Virus record (IMG/VR): IMGVR_UViG_3300021082_000012
Coordinates: 1 to 43,473 of that record
DNA length: 43,473 bases
Origin: a virus
Taxonomy: Duplodnaviria > Caudoviricetes
Reading direction: 5' to 3' (one strand)
Positions 35,569-43,473 of the stretch are shown in pieces; position 1 is the stretch's first letter; each line of letters starts with the position of its first letter. The translations under genes and the position numbers were made by a program. The notes under the pieces were generated by a model. It had not been told where the DNA came from. It made no database searches and saw only the letters and a list, made by a program, of their open reading frames with translations.

Positions 35569-38301
35569 TTAAACCCGGACGGCTGGTGCGCTGAGCTGCT
35601 TGTCGTACAAGCTGTCGGAGGCGTCTTGCAGCACCTTGTGAATTGCTGTCGGTCCTGCCGGGCCGGATGACTGCTCAACGGCATCGACAAAGTCGCGCCG
35701 CCGCCGTGACTTGTCGGCCAGCTCGCGTGGCGTGTCGCCCGGCATTGGCTTGAACGCCGGGATGTTGCGGAGGCCTTCGCTGTTGCTGACGGCAGCGCCG
35801 CTGACCCGCTGCATGAAGCCGCCTTCAAAGTTCGTCCAGGCTTGGTTGGCTCGGCGGTACTCGTCCGACACCGTCATGTTGCCGATAAGCGGAAGGTCGC
35901 GGACCTTCTCTGCCGGGATGGTCATGACCTGACCCATCTTCAGCTCGTTATCGAGGAGGTCGAGGTCTGGCCGCACTCGCTGCACGAACTCGAATGCGTG
36001 GGCCTGATCGGCGGTGCGCTCTTCCTTGGGCGGCGGTGCGCCAGGAGGCAGCGCATACGGCGCAGGCGGCTGCCCTGGCGGCGTGTAGGGCCGCTCGAAC
36101 TGGGTGCCGCCGCTCGACATTGTGTCTGGCTTGGTGGCGGTGCGCTGCGCGCCAGCGAGGTCTGCTTCTGCCTTCAGGCGCTCGCGCTCGACGTAGCCCG
36201 GCGAGTTCTCGCGCTGATACTTGGTGAGGTTCTGCTGCGCGATGGCGAGGTCTGTCAGCGCCTTCTGCGCCTCGACCGGGCGCTGCGTGGCCTTGAACTG
36301 CTCGGCCTCGATCTGGAGCCGCTGCACCCGCGCCGCCAGCTCCTTCTCAGGCTCCTTGTAGTACCGCTCCAGCTCGCTCTTGTGTAAATCCCACTTTCGG
36401 TCCTCCAGCTTGCGCCGGTCCTGCTCCAGCTCGGCAGCCTCCTTCGCAAATAGCGCCTTGTACTGGTCAGGCATCCTTGGATCGGCTGCCTTGTCGCGCA
36501 GCCACCGCTCGCGTGGCGTCATCGGCTCGGCCTGGAACGGCTTGACCGGCCCCATCGATGGCGGCTGCGGCGGGATCGCCTCCTGCGACGGCAGTGTGGC
36601 GGGAGCCTTCTGGATGTCGCCGCTGCCCTGCGGCCCCTGGATGGGGATGGTCTTGACCGGGCGCGGGTTGAACATGCTGCTGTCGGTGATGGTGCCGCCG
36701 GGAGCCTGCGCCATCTGCACGTCGGGGCTGACGGGAGCCGGGGCTGGCTGGTTAGCCATTGAGCCAGCGATGGCGTTGCGCCGGGCGTTGATGCTTTCGC
36801 TGATCCCGGCCCCTACGGGGCTGTCTGGGCCTGCATCGCTGGCCACCCCTGCCCTACCTAGCGAGGCGGTTGCGCCACGCAGCCCAGGCCTCGCGCCTGC
36901 GCCCAGCACGTCCTGCAAAACGGCGTCCTGCTGGTCCGGTGGCCGGTCCTGCATCATGGGGCTGGGCCGTACCGGCAGGGTGGCGACTTGTGGGCCTGCG
37001 GGAGGCGGCGGTGCCGCAGCCACGGCCTGCGGACGCTCTCCCATGCGGTGCGCCGTCGCCTCGCTGCGGAACCAATCCGGCGTTTGCCCCAGGCTGGTGT
37101 AGGACCGGCTTGGCCCCCAGGCGACCGGGGTGCCTCTGCGGAAATCAATGTGGATGCTGTTGCCGCCATAGTTGCCCAGGCCGCCAGCGCCACGCATCCT
37201 GGCGTCGGCTATCAGCGCCCGGCGCTGGTCCGCAGGCACCCCAGACACGTCCATGTCTACAGCCAGCCCCCGCATATGCTCGCTGTTGGGAGCGCCACCG
37301 ACAGAAGCGTTGACCTGGGGGCTGCGGTAGCCTGACGTGAACTTGACGCCGGGATAGGCCTTGCTGACCTCCGCGACATAGGCCTGCGTCTTGGGATCGA
37401 GGTTCTCGACGCCACGCGGCACCGCCGTGGGCTTTAGGTACGCGCCAACGCTGCGGTCCTGCATGCTTTTCGGGCCGCCTACTGTGATCTTCAGCGGCGC
37501 GTCGGTCAGCGGCGCTCCCGGCCCTCCGGGGCCACCCTGCGGTGGCGCAAAGGCGGCGGCGGTTGGCGGCATGCTCTGCATCGGCGGCTGCGGTCGATCC
37601 GCCTCGCGCTGCGGCGACATCATCAGCGCGCTGGTGATGGCCTCGCGCACGTTGCCCTGCGCTTCTGGTTGTACAGGGGGTTGTACAGGGGGTTGTACAG
37701 GGGGCTGCTGCGCCGCCATTGCCGCCTTGAGCGCAGCAATAGCTTCCGGCGGCGGCCCATCGCTGCTGAGTGCGCTGCGTGGCGGTGCCTCGGACGAGGT
37801 GACGCCTGGGGCCGGGAGGTCTGGCGCGGACGCTATTTCTGGCTGGTCGCCGTCGCCACCGATATCCGGGGCCGCTACAGCTACCGGGGCTGGCGTTGGT
37901 TCTGGCGCTGCCGCGACTGGAACAGGCGGCGGTGCCGCCGATACTGGTGCCAGCGACGGCGCGACAACAGGCTCGCTGCCCGGCAGACGTGCCGGTGCAG
38001 GCGGTCGAGCTGCTGCCGGTGGCGGCGGCGAGCCGCCAATCGGTGCAGGCGGCACTACCGGCGGCGCACCGCCAACCTGATCGCGGACGTAGCCCTGGCT
38101 CCTCGCCTCCTCTTGGCGCAGACGCCACTCCAGACCGGCCTCGCCCAGGGCTTCGCCAAAGTAGGTCAGGCCCTCGCCCAGAGTTTTGGGGAAGCCGCGC
38201 TTCTGACCGGCGAGAGCTGCGGCGATGGCGCGGCGGCGCTTCAGCTCCTCGTAAGTTGGAACGTCGGGGGTGCCAAAGATAAAGCCTTCAGTCTCGGCCA
38301 T
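35569..38301 (-). CDS. Ejection protein with peptidase M15 (Zn peptidoglycan peptidase) domain
   Basis: TSGYRSP..N..VGGA.NS.H..G.AVD...GLG.Y....IHID.R at about 37130-37400; Pro-rich linkers. Confidence 0.75.
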   Translation of the reverse strand: MAETEGFIFGTPDVPTYEELKRRRAIAAALAGQKRGFPKTLGEGLTYFGEALGEAGLEWRLRQEEARSQGYVRDQVGGAPPVVPPAPIGGSPPPPAAARPPAPARLPGSEPVVAPSLAPVSAAPPPVPVAAAPEPTPAPVAVAAPDIGGDGDQPEIASAPDLPAPGVTSSEAPPRSALSSDGPPPEAIAALKAAMAAQQPPVQPPVQPPVQPEAQGNVREAITSALMMSPQREADRPQPPMQSMPPTAAAFAPPQGGPGGPGAPLTDAPLKITVGGPKSMQDRSVGAYLKPTAVPRGVENLDPKTQAYVAEVSKAYPGVKFTSGYRSPQVNASVGGAPNSEHMRGLAVDMDVSGVPADQRRALIADARMRGAGGLGNYGGNSIHIDFRRGTPVAWGPSRSYTSLGQTPDWFRSEATAHRMGERPQAVAAAPPPPAGPQVATLPVRPSPMMQDRPPDQQDAVLQDVLGAGARPGLRGATASLGRAGVASDAGPDSPVGAGISESINARRNAIAGSMANQPAPAPVSPDVQMAQAPGGTITDSSMFNPRPVKTIPIQGPQGSGDIQKAPATLPSQEAIPPQPPSMGPVKPFQAEPMTPRERWLRDKAADPRMPDQYKALFAKEAAELEQDRRKLEDRKWDLHKSELERYYKEPEKELAARVQRLQIEAEQFKATQRPVEAQKALTDLAIAQQNLTKYQRENSPGYVERERLKAEADLAGAQRTATKPDTMSSGGTQFERPYTPPGQPPAPYALPPGAPPPKEERTADQAHAFEFVQRVRPDLDLLDNELKMGQVMTIPAEKVRDLPLIGNMTVSDEYRRANQAWTNFEGGFMQRVSGAAVSNSEGLRNIPAFKPMPGDTPRELADKSRRRRDFVDAVEQSSGPAGPTAIHKVLQDASDSLYDKQLSAPAVRV
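37667..37704. repeat. 12-bp tandem repeat x3 encoding QPPV
   Basis: ggttgtacaggg repeated three times. Confidence 0.8.
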
Positions 38302-38302
38302 G

Positions 38303-39712
38303 TCACGCCGCCTTCAGGATGCTGCCCATCACCATGCCGGTATTGATATGGCGAATGCCGCGTTGGTCTTTTTTGACTGCGCGCTTGTCGATCTTCTCCA
38401 CGTCCTGCGCCATCGGCCCAACGTGGGTCTGCTTCTCTGGATCACCCTTGTAGCTGTAGGCGTAGATCGGCAGCTCCTGGCGCTCACCGTCGTCACCGGC
38501 AGCAAACACTGTCGCCAGCTTGGGTCCGACATCCTTGACCCGCTCGTCCGACATCTTCATCGCGCCGCCCAGCATGCCGAATATTCCGCCCATGAGAGCG
38601 TTCTGATTGGCGCTCTCTTGTTTATAAATATCCATGTCTTGGCTGAACCTCGTATTGATGAGGCCTGCCACGTCTGTGGTGGGTATCTGATTGTTAGGAG
38701 TGTTTACAAAATTCGGGTTGTTGATCTGCGAGCCTGACAGCAGCGAGCTGATCTCGTTGATTGGTTGGTTGCGCGCCGCATACTGCTCGTTCATCCACTG
38801 ATTGCGCGCCATGTTCTGCGCGTTGAACCCGGCTTGGCCCTGCGCCACTTGCTGCGCTAGCCCCGCGTTCTGAAACTCGCCACGCGCCGCAGCCTGGGTG
38901 AAGTCGTTGCGTTGCGCCTCGTTAGCAAATTGACCGCGCCCTTGCGCCTGCTGGTAGGCCTGCTGCTGCGCGGCGTTTTGAAAACCGGCGCGCTGCGCTG
39001 CCATGTCCATCATGCGCTGCTGCTCTTGCCCGGCTGCGCCGATTGCACCAAAGCGAGTATCGGTGGCTTGCCGGTTGTAGTCATCCATCGCCGCCGTGTA
39101 GGCCTGCGAGCCGTAGCGGATGCCTTGATCCGCCAGCCGCTGCTCGATGTTGCCGCGCTCCCTGGCGAGCTGCGGATTGATGCGGCCCATCAGGGCTTCT
39201 TCGACCCGGCCACGGTCTGCACTGAAATCGTCTGCCGGGCCGTAGCTGCGCGTGATGTCGCCAGCATCGCCAAACGTGCGTTGTTGCGTTCCGACATCGC
39301 CAAACGTGGTGGCGGCCTTGCCAACGCCAGTGATCAGGCTGGGATCGCCAGCACCCGGCGCACCGCCCAAGTTCATGTCGTTGGCGAGCAGATTGGACAG
39401 CCGTCCGCTCTGCACGTTGGCCATGCCAGCCAAATTCATTTTGGCTGCTTGGTTCTGGTCCTCGATGGCCTGCGCCTGCGGCGAGCGCACCTGTGACGCC
39501 GTGAACGTCGGAATGTTCACGTTCAAATTTGTGTAGGGGTCGTACCAGTTGTAGTTGCCGGTTTGATTGTAGCTAAGGCTGCCTTCCGGCGTGATCTGGT
39601 TGGTATTGTTTAGCATCGCGTTGGCGATGCTTGTCGCCACGTTGGTCGACGTTGACGCCCGCGCCGTATCCTGCGGATTAGGTGCTGGAGGTGGAGAGGC
39701 TTTTCCGCCCAT
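38303..39712 (-). CDS. Pilot/ejection protein with S74-like C-terminus
   Basis: MGGKASPPPAP, NQITPEGSL.Y, Gln/Ala-rich coil, MSDERVK...IY.Y.YKGD....GPMAQDVEK. Confidence 0.65.
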   Translation of the reverse strand: MGGKASPPPAPNPQDTARASTSTNVATSIANAMLNNTNQITPEGSLSYNQTGNYNWYDPYTNLNVNIPTFTASQVRSPQAQAIEDQNQAAKMNLAGMANVQSGRLSNLLANDMNLGGAPGAGDPSLITGVGKAATTFGDVGTQQRTFGDAGDITRSYGPADDFSADRGRVEEALMGRINPQLARERGNIEQRLADQGIRYGSQAYTAAMDDYNRQATDTRFGAIGAAGQEQQRMMDMAAQRAGFQNAAQQQAYQQAQGRGQFANEAQRNDFTQAAARGEFQNAGLAQQVAQGQAGFNAQNMARNQWMNEQYAARNQPINEISSLLSGSQINNPNFVNTPNNQIPTTDVAGLINTRFSQDMDIYKQESANQNALMGGIFGMLGGAMKMSDERVKDVGPKLATVFAAGDDGERQELPIYAYSYKGDPEKQTHVGPMAQDVEKIDKRAVKKDQRGIRHINTGMVMGSILKAA

Positions 39713-40146
39713 CAGTATGGTCCTAGCTGGCCCGGCCCGCCGGGCAATTGCGTCCCTAGTGTCGGATCGATGGGGGCCTGCCCCACCATGTTAGGCACAC
39801 GCGGCGGCGGCCCCACTGGAGCGCCGCCCGGCATTGCAGGCGGTAGCTGGTTTGGCGGCATGCCCGGCGCGGCTGGCGGCATAACACCTCCAGGCGGCGG
39901 CATGCTTGCAGACATACCGCCGCCCGCCCCAGGCATACCGGGAGGTTGTGTTACGCCTGGAGGAATGCCGCCCGGTGCTGGCGGCGCGCCCATGCCCGGC
40001 ATGCCGGGTTGTGCGCCCGGCACCTCGGTGCGGGGTTGTGGGTTCTGCACGTTCATGAGCGCCTGGGTGATGGCGTCACGAATGCCGCTGGTGTTTCCGC
40101 CACCGCCACCCATCATGGCGGGGCCGCCTGCGCTGTACATTGGCAT
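39712..40146 (-). CDS. Pro/Gly/Met-rich low-complexity protein
   Basis: TAATG-coupled start at 40146; IRDAITQALM helix. Confidence 0.55.
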   Translation of the reverse strand: MPMYSAGGPAMMGGGGGNTSGIRDAITQALMNVQNPQPRTEVPGAQPGMPGMGAPPAPGGIPPGVTQPPGMPGAGGGMSASMPPPGGVMPPAAPGMPPNQLPPAMPGGAPVGPPPRVPNMVGQAPIDPTLGTQLPGGPGQLGPY

Positions 40147-40628
40147 TAGGAAGCCTCCGCTAGCGGCACATCTTGGTGATGATGCTTGAACCGCTTGTTG
40201 AACCTGTTGTCGCGCCAATCTTCGTAGGTGAGAGTGCAGAGAACGCCGTCGCGGTGGCGGCCAAACATTCTAGGAACCTTGATGAATGTGTAATCGTAGG
40301 CAGCTAGCTGTGACAGCAGCTTCACGCTGTCAGCCGGGGTGCGTTGAAAAATCATCTGACACCCGCAGACATGAAACGGATATTGGTACATGCGCCGGAT
40401 CGTCTCACGGGTTAGCCAGCGAGGCGTGGTGGCGGCACCGCTTATTTCGATCACCTCGGCCTGCGGGTCGTAGTTGTGATAGACCAGACCACCGATAAGC
40501 TTTCCCTCTTCATCAATCACGCCAATGGCCTTGGCGGCGGTGCCAAACCCATAGCTGCCGACATGCGGAATGAGTTGCGCCACCGCATCCGCCACCAGCC
40601 TATCCTGCCCATAGACGTAACGAAGCAT
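40146..40628 (-). CDS. GNAT-like virion assembly protein
   Basis: AIGV...G.LIGGLVYHNY....IEISGA....WLTR......Y.YPF. Confidence 0.7.
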   Translation of the reverse strand: MLRYVYGQDRLVADAVAQLIPHVGSYGFGTAAKAIGVIDEEGKLIGGLVYHNYDPQAEVIEISGAATTPRWLTRETIRRMYQYPFHVCGCQMIFQRTPADSVKLLSQLAAYDYTFIKVPRMFGRHRDGVLCTLTYEDWRDNRFNKRFKHHHQDVPLAEAS

Positions 40629-41137
40629 CAGCTCTGATCTCCCGCATATGGCCAGCGGTACATTTCCATCGGATCGCGAGGCTTGGTTGCATCGACCAGC
40701 TCTTCGATGGCTGCTTTTTGTTTTTGTAGAGGATGTTGCGCCCAGTGATTTTCCGCCAGCCGCACGGCGATGGCGTCACGGCGCGCCGCGTTGTCGTAGT
40801 GGCCGCCTTGTGACGCTACGCGCAGCGCCTCCGGGTCCACCATGCCGCGATTGTCGCCGTAGCTCTGGTTGAGCGGTATAGGGCCGCCATAGACGCCGTC
40901 GCCAAACGACTGCGGGCCTGAACCCGGAACGACATAGAGGTTGGGCATGCGCGACTGCTCAACGATGTCGCCGCCTGGGCGGTTGTATGCAGTCCACGCC
41001 GCCAGCGCCTTCTCGGACGGCGCGTAGCCCTTGAGGTAGGCTGGCGCAAACATGTCGCTGACGCTTCCGGTTTGATAGCCCTCGAAAATGTTGCCGGGTG
41101 CGTCCGGTGTCGGCGTGGGAGGGGGTGCGTCTGCCAT
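40628..41137 (-). CDS. Hypothetical virion-module protein
   Basis: AGGAG RBS before ATG 41137 (MADAPPP); TGATG-coupled downstream. Confidence 0.55.
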   Translation of the reverse strand: MADAPPPTPTPDAPGNIFEGYQTGSVSDMFAPAYLKGYAPSEKALAAWTAYNRPGGDIVEQSRMPNLYVVPGSGPQSFGDGVYGGPIPLNQSYGDNRGMVDPEALRVASQGGHYDNAARRDAIAVRLAENHWAQHPLQKQKAAIEELVDATKPRDPMEMYRWPYAGDQS

Positions 41138-41145
41138 GTCTGCTC

Positions 41146-42819
41146 CTACACGTTTGTGCCAGCGGTCCAATACAGACCGTCGATGGCGATCAACTCGACG
41201 CCCGGCCTTGCCGCCTGGGCCACCGTGACTTGCACCACGGGCGCATGCGAGAAGCCGGTCGTGCCTATCGATATCCAGCCGGTATTGCGGACGGTTTCCA
41301 GCGGCAACGCCGCTGCGTCCCACAGCATGTGATCCCACAGCCCCCGGTCCCACACGTCGGGTGTGTCTGTCGTGATACCCGCGCTTGGCGCGGCTGGCAG
41401 TTGAATGACGTAATCGATGCAGGACGAAAGCTGCGGGATGAACGGCTCCCCGGCACGGGCCGCAAACGTGGCCCTGGCCTGCGACCACGTCTTGGTCTGC
41501 GCCTGCTGGCCAAATATGCCCCAGCCGCCAACCATCGTGCAGATATACGGCTTGCCGTCGTCCATGCCGCTGCGGTCAGCCTGCATGACGATGCCGTCTT
41601 GCGTCCCAAAGAACAAATCGCCAGCGAGCTGCATAAAGCATGTGGCGTCGTAGCCCATGAAGCGGCACCACGCGCCGGTCGCCGTGTTCACCACGGCGCA
41701 GTAACGCTTGCCGGGAGTGCCGCCCGGCCACGTCACAAACATGCCGCCGTACTCGTCCCAGCGTTTCATCGTCCACGGCATGACACGCTTGGCCAGCGCC
41801 TCGGTGCGCCACATGCTGCGGATGGCGTAGGTGATCATGCCCATGTCGAGCTGCCCGGCATCCTTGCTGATGGCGGCGCTCAGCGGGACAATGCCGTCCA
41901 GCGTGGCGACCAGCAGATCGCCGCCCAGGTTTATGTGGGCGTTCATGCCCATCGGCACCGGCATCTGGAAGCGGCCTTCCTGCCGCCAATTGGCAGGGTC
42001 CGCCGGGTTGCTACCGGTGAATACGATCAGCTCTCCCAAATTTGTCGCGAAGACCAGCTTGTCGTCCACGCCGTCTCCCGTATCCCCGGACCACACGGCG
42101 ATAAACATCAGCTTGCCGCCACGCGCAGTGGCTCCCGCCAGCGGCACCGGATTGAGCGCGCCCTGGTGACTGTCGATCCCCAAATACCAAGCGTTCATGG
42201 TGCCGCCTTCAATGAAGAAGAAGCGGTTGCGGTACTTGCAGACGTAGGTGAGGTTGTGGCCGGTCGTACACGTCGGCGGGTTGGCTGGCGCTGGCGGTGT
42301 CGGTGCAGTGATCTGGCTGGCGTCAAACGTCGTCCACGTCAGGCCGTCATAGTGCAGCAGATAGTCGCCAGCCTCGTTGGCCACCAGCATGTGGTTGCCG
42401 CTGGCGTTAGCCATCTGCGAGGCAACGTAGTTGCCGCTGGCCTGTCCGCTCTTCACCAGTATCGGCGTGGCACCCGTGACGTCGAACAGCTTGTCCTGCT
42501 GGGCGGCGAAGATTTTACGAGACAGGGCATCAACGTATTCAAACGCCGAAACCACCGGCTTGCGGAGATTTGACGGGACCGGCGGCACCGTCGCGTCGAG
42601 CGCATGCAGATCGCAGTGTCGGATGAAGCCGCCACGCAGCTTGATGCCGCGCATTGTCGGCACCCAGTTGTCCAGCATCACGGCGGTGTTTGGCTTCATG
42701 AACGCCGGGTTGTCGCTGTCGGTAAGCCCGGCCATCGGCGCGGCGACAGTGATGGCCTGATGCCGCTGCGAGACTTGCGGCGGCACCGGCTGGCGGCGAA
42801 AGCCCTGGTGGACGCTCAT
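41146..42819 (-). CDS. Tail hub / packaged-DNA stabilisation protein (P22 gp10-like)
   Basis: 557 aa beta-rich; AP..GL, LDNW.P, YRNRFFF, WD.GLWD..LWD. Confidence 0.7.
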   Translation of the reverse strand: MSVHQGFRRQPVPPQVSQRHQAITVAAPMAGLTDSDNPAFMKPNTAVMLDNWVPTMRGIKLRGGFIRHCDLHALDATVPPVPSNLRKPVVSAFEYVDALSRKIFAAQQDKLFDVTGATPILVKSGQASGNYVASQMANASGNHMLVANEAGDYLLHYDGLTWTTFDASQITAPTPPAPANPPTCTTGHNLTYVCKYRNRFFFIEGGTMNAWYLGIDSHQGALNPVPLAGATARGGKLMFIAVWSGDTGDGVDDKLVFATNLGELIVFTGSNPADPANWRQEGRFQMPVPMGMNAHINLGGDLLVATLDGIVPLSAAISKDAGQLDMGMITYAIRSMWRTEALAKRVMPWTMKRWDEYGGMFVTWPGGTPGKRYCAVVNTATGAWCRFMGYDATCFMQLAGDLFFGTQDGIVMQADRSGMDDGKPYICTMVGGWGIFGQQAQTKTWSQARATFAARAGEPFIPQLSSCIDYVIQLPAAPSAGITTDTPDVWDRGLWDHMLWDAAALPLETVRNTGWISIGTTGFSHAPVVQVTVAQAARPGVELIAIDGLYWTAGTNV

Positions 42820-43091
42820 GCGGCCTCCACCTTGGCGATGAAGTCAGCCAGCGACAGTGGCGGTTGTCCCTCCAGTGTGCGGATGCGGTTCTCATGGTCG
42901 TAGGCGATTGTCTGCTCGTTCGACGGCTGCGGCGGCGGCGTCTCAGGCGGCACATAGGGATCAGGTACGCCGCCGTCCTCGACCCATTGCAAATACTCGG
43001 CGTAGTCGCGGTTGGCGGGATCGGCGGGAATACATGCGCCGTCTGCGGTGCGGATGATGCTGTCTGATGCGGTGAGTTGATAATCGGACAT
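42816..43091 (-). CDS. Tail-fibre-associated small protein (chaperone-like)
   Basis: IIRTADGACIPADPANRDYAEYLQWVEDGG.P; coupled to fibre stop. Confidence 0.65.
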   Translation of the reverse strand: MSDYQLTASDSIIRTADGACIPADPANRDYAEYLQWVEDGGVPDPYVPPETPPPQPSNEQTIAYDHENRIRTLEGQPPLSLADFIAKVEAA

Positions 43092-43473
43092 CAGAGCCTC
43101 GCGTCAGCGTTTGAGGTAAAACCAAGGAAATTACAGGGGCCAGTGCTGACACATGCAAACCCCCAAGAAAACCCTTCCGTGGTAAGTGAAAAGCAACCTT
43201 GACTATTGGCGTTTGTAGTTGCACTCCAACCAATGCCCGACATTGTTGGAATAGCCCGCTTTGAAACATGAAAAGGATAAGGCGCTCGAACGGCGTTAGC
43301 TGCCAGAGTGTAGCCAACGAGATCACTCGGCCCGCATTTTTCAAAATACCGCATGCACGTCAGCAACTCTTGATCATATGGCCGCATGATCATCGGCGAC
43401 TGCGCGGCGGTCGGCGCTTGTGTGCCTGGGAGAACAACGACGCCAGTAATGCGGAAAGCATTTGACGTGCTAT
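43091..43473 (-). CDS. Tail fibre paralog 3, 3' part
   Basis: PGTQAPTAAQSPMIMRPYDQELLTCMRYFEK...ADARL; in frame with 1-860 across the circular join. Confidence 0.85.
   Translation of the reverse strand, partial: STSNAFRITGVVVLPGTQAPTAAQSPMIMRPYDQELLTCMRYFEKCGPSDLVGYTLAANAVRAPYPFHVSKRAIPTMSGIGWSATTNANSQGCFSLTTEGFSWGFACVSTGPCNFLGFTSNADARL
43449..43473. repeat. 25-bp terminal direct repeat, right copy
   Basis: Identical to 1-25. Confidence 0.95.

Noticed and set aside
35569-35571. Genome-wide TAA reassignment
   Set aside because: TAA ends other genes with tight coupling (terL, 20128, 40146, 2053) and no suppressor tRNA was seen
41098-42573. Long plus-strand ORFs opposite structural genes (also 4249-5085, 11495-12684, 33893-34795)
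   Set aside because: Antisense shadow frames expected in high-GC coding DNA; no motifs or RBS

Overview
The window is a complete, circularly assembled tailed-phage genome. Bases 1-25 equal 43449-43473, giving a unit length of about 43,448 bp, and the sequence is GC-rich. The virion is podovirus-like and P22-style: terminase, portal, scaffold, major capsid, adaptor, gp10-like hub, GNAT-like protein, ejection proteins and tail fibres, nearly all on the minus strand. A GcrA homolog and a VPGP-type PEP-CTERM protein point to an alphaproteobacterial host. Replication genes are a fused RepB-type primase/AAA_25 helicase, a putative SSB, a PD-(D/E)XK nuclease and a RuvC-like resolvase. I could not recognise an integrase, CI repressor, DNA polymerase, standalone endolysin, tRNA, CRISPR array or reverse transcriptase. 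Most notable observations: (1) two otherwise unrelated ORFs behind the portal share an N-terminal DDWx[ML]GxLxAxDxY tag, and a scaffold-like RxAIxxA helix recurs in several virion proteins, suggesting capsid cargo-loading signals; (2) four sigma70-type promoters each carry a CATCAC-loop inverted repeat over the RBS; (3) three tandem modular tail-fibre paralogs have near-identical DNA anchors around AT-shifted variable blocks; (4) two structured origin-like regions; (5) an in-frame TAA cuts a coding-like C-terminus off the M15-peptidase ejection protein. All functional calls come from motif recognition and synteny, not database searches.
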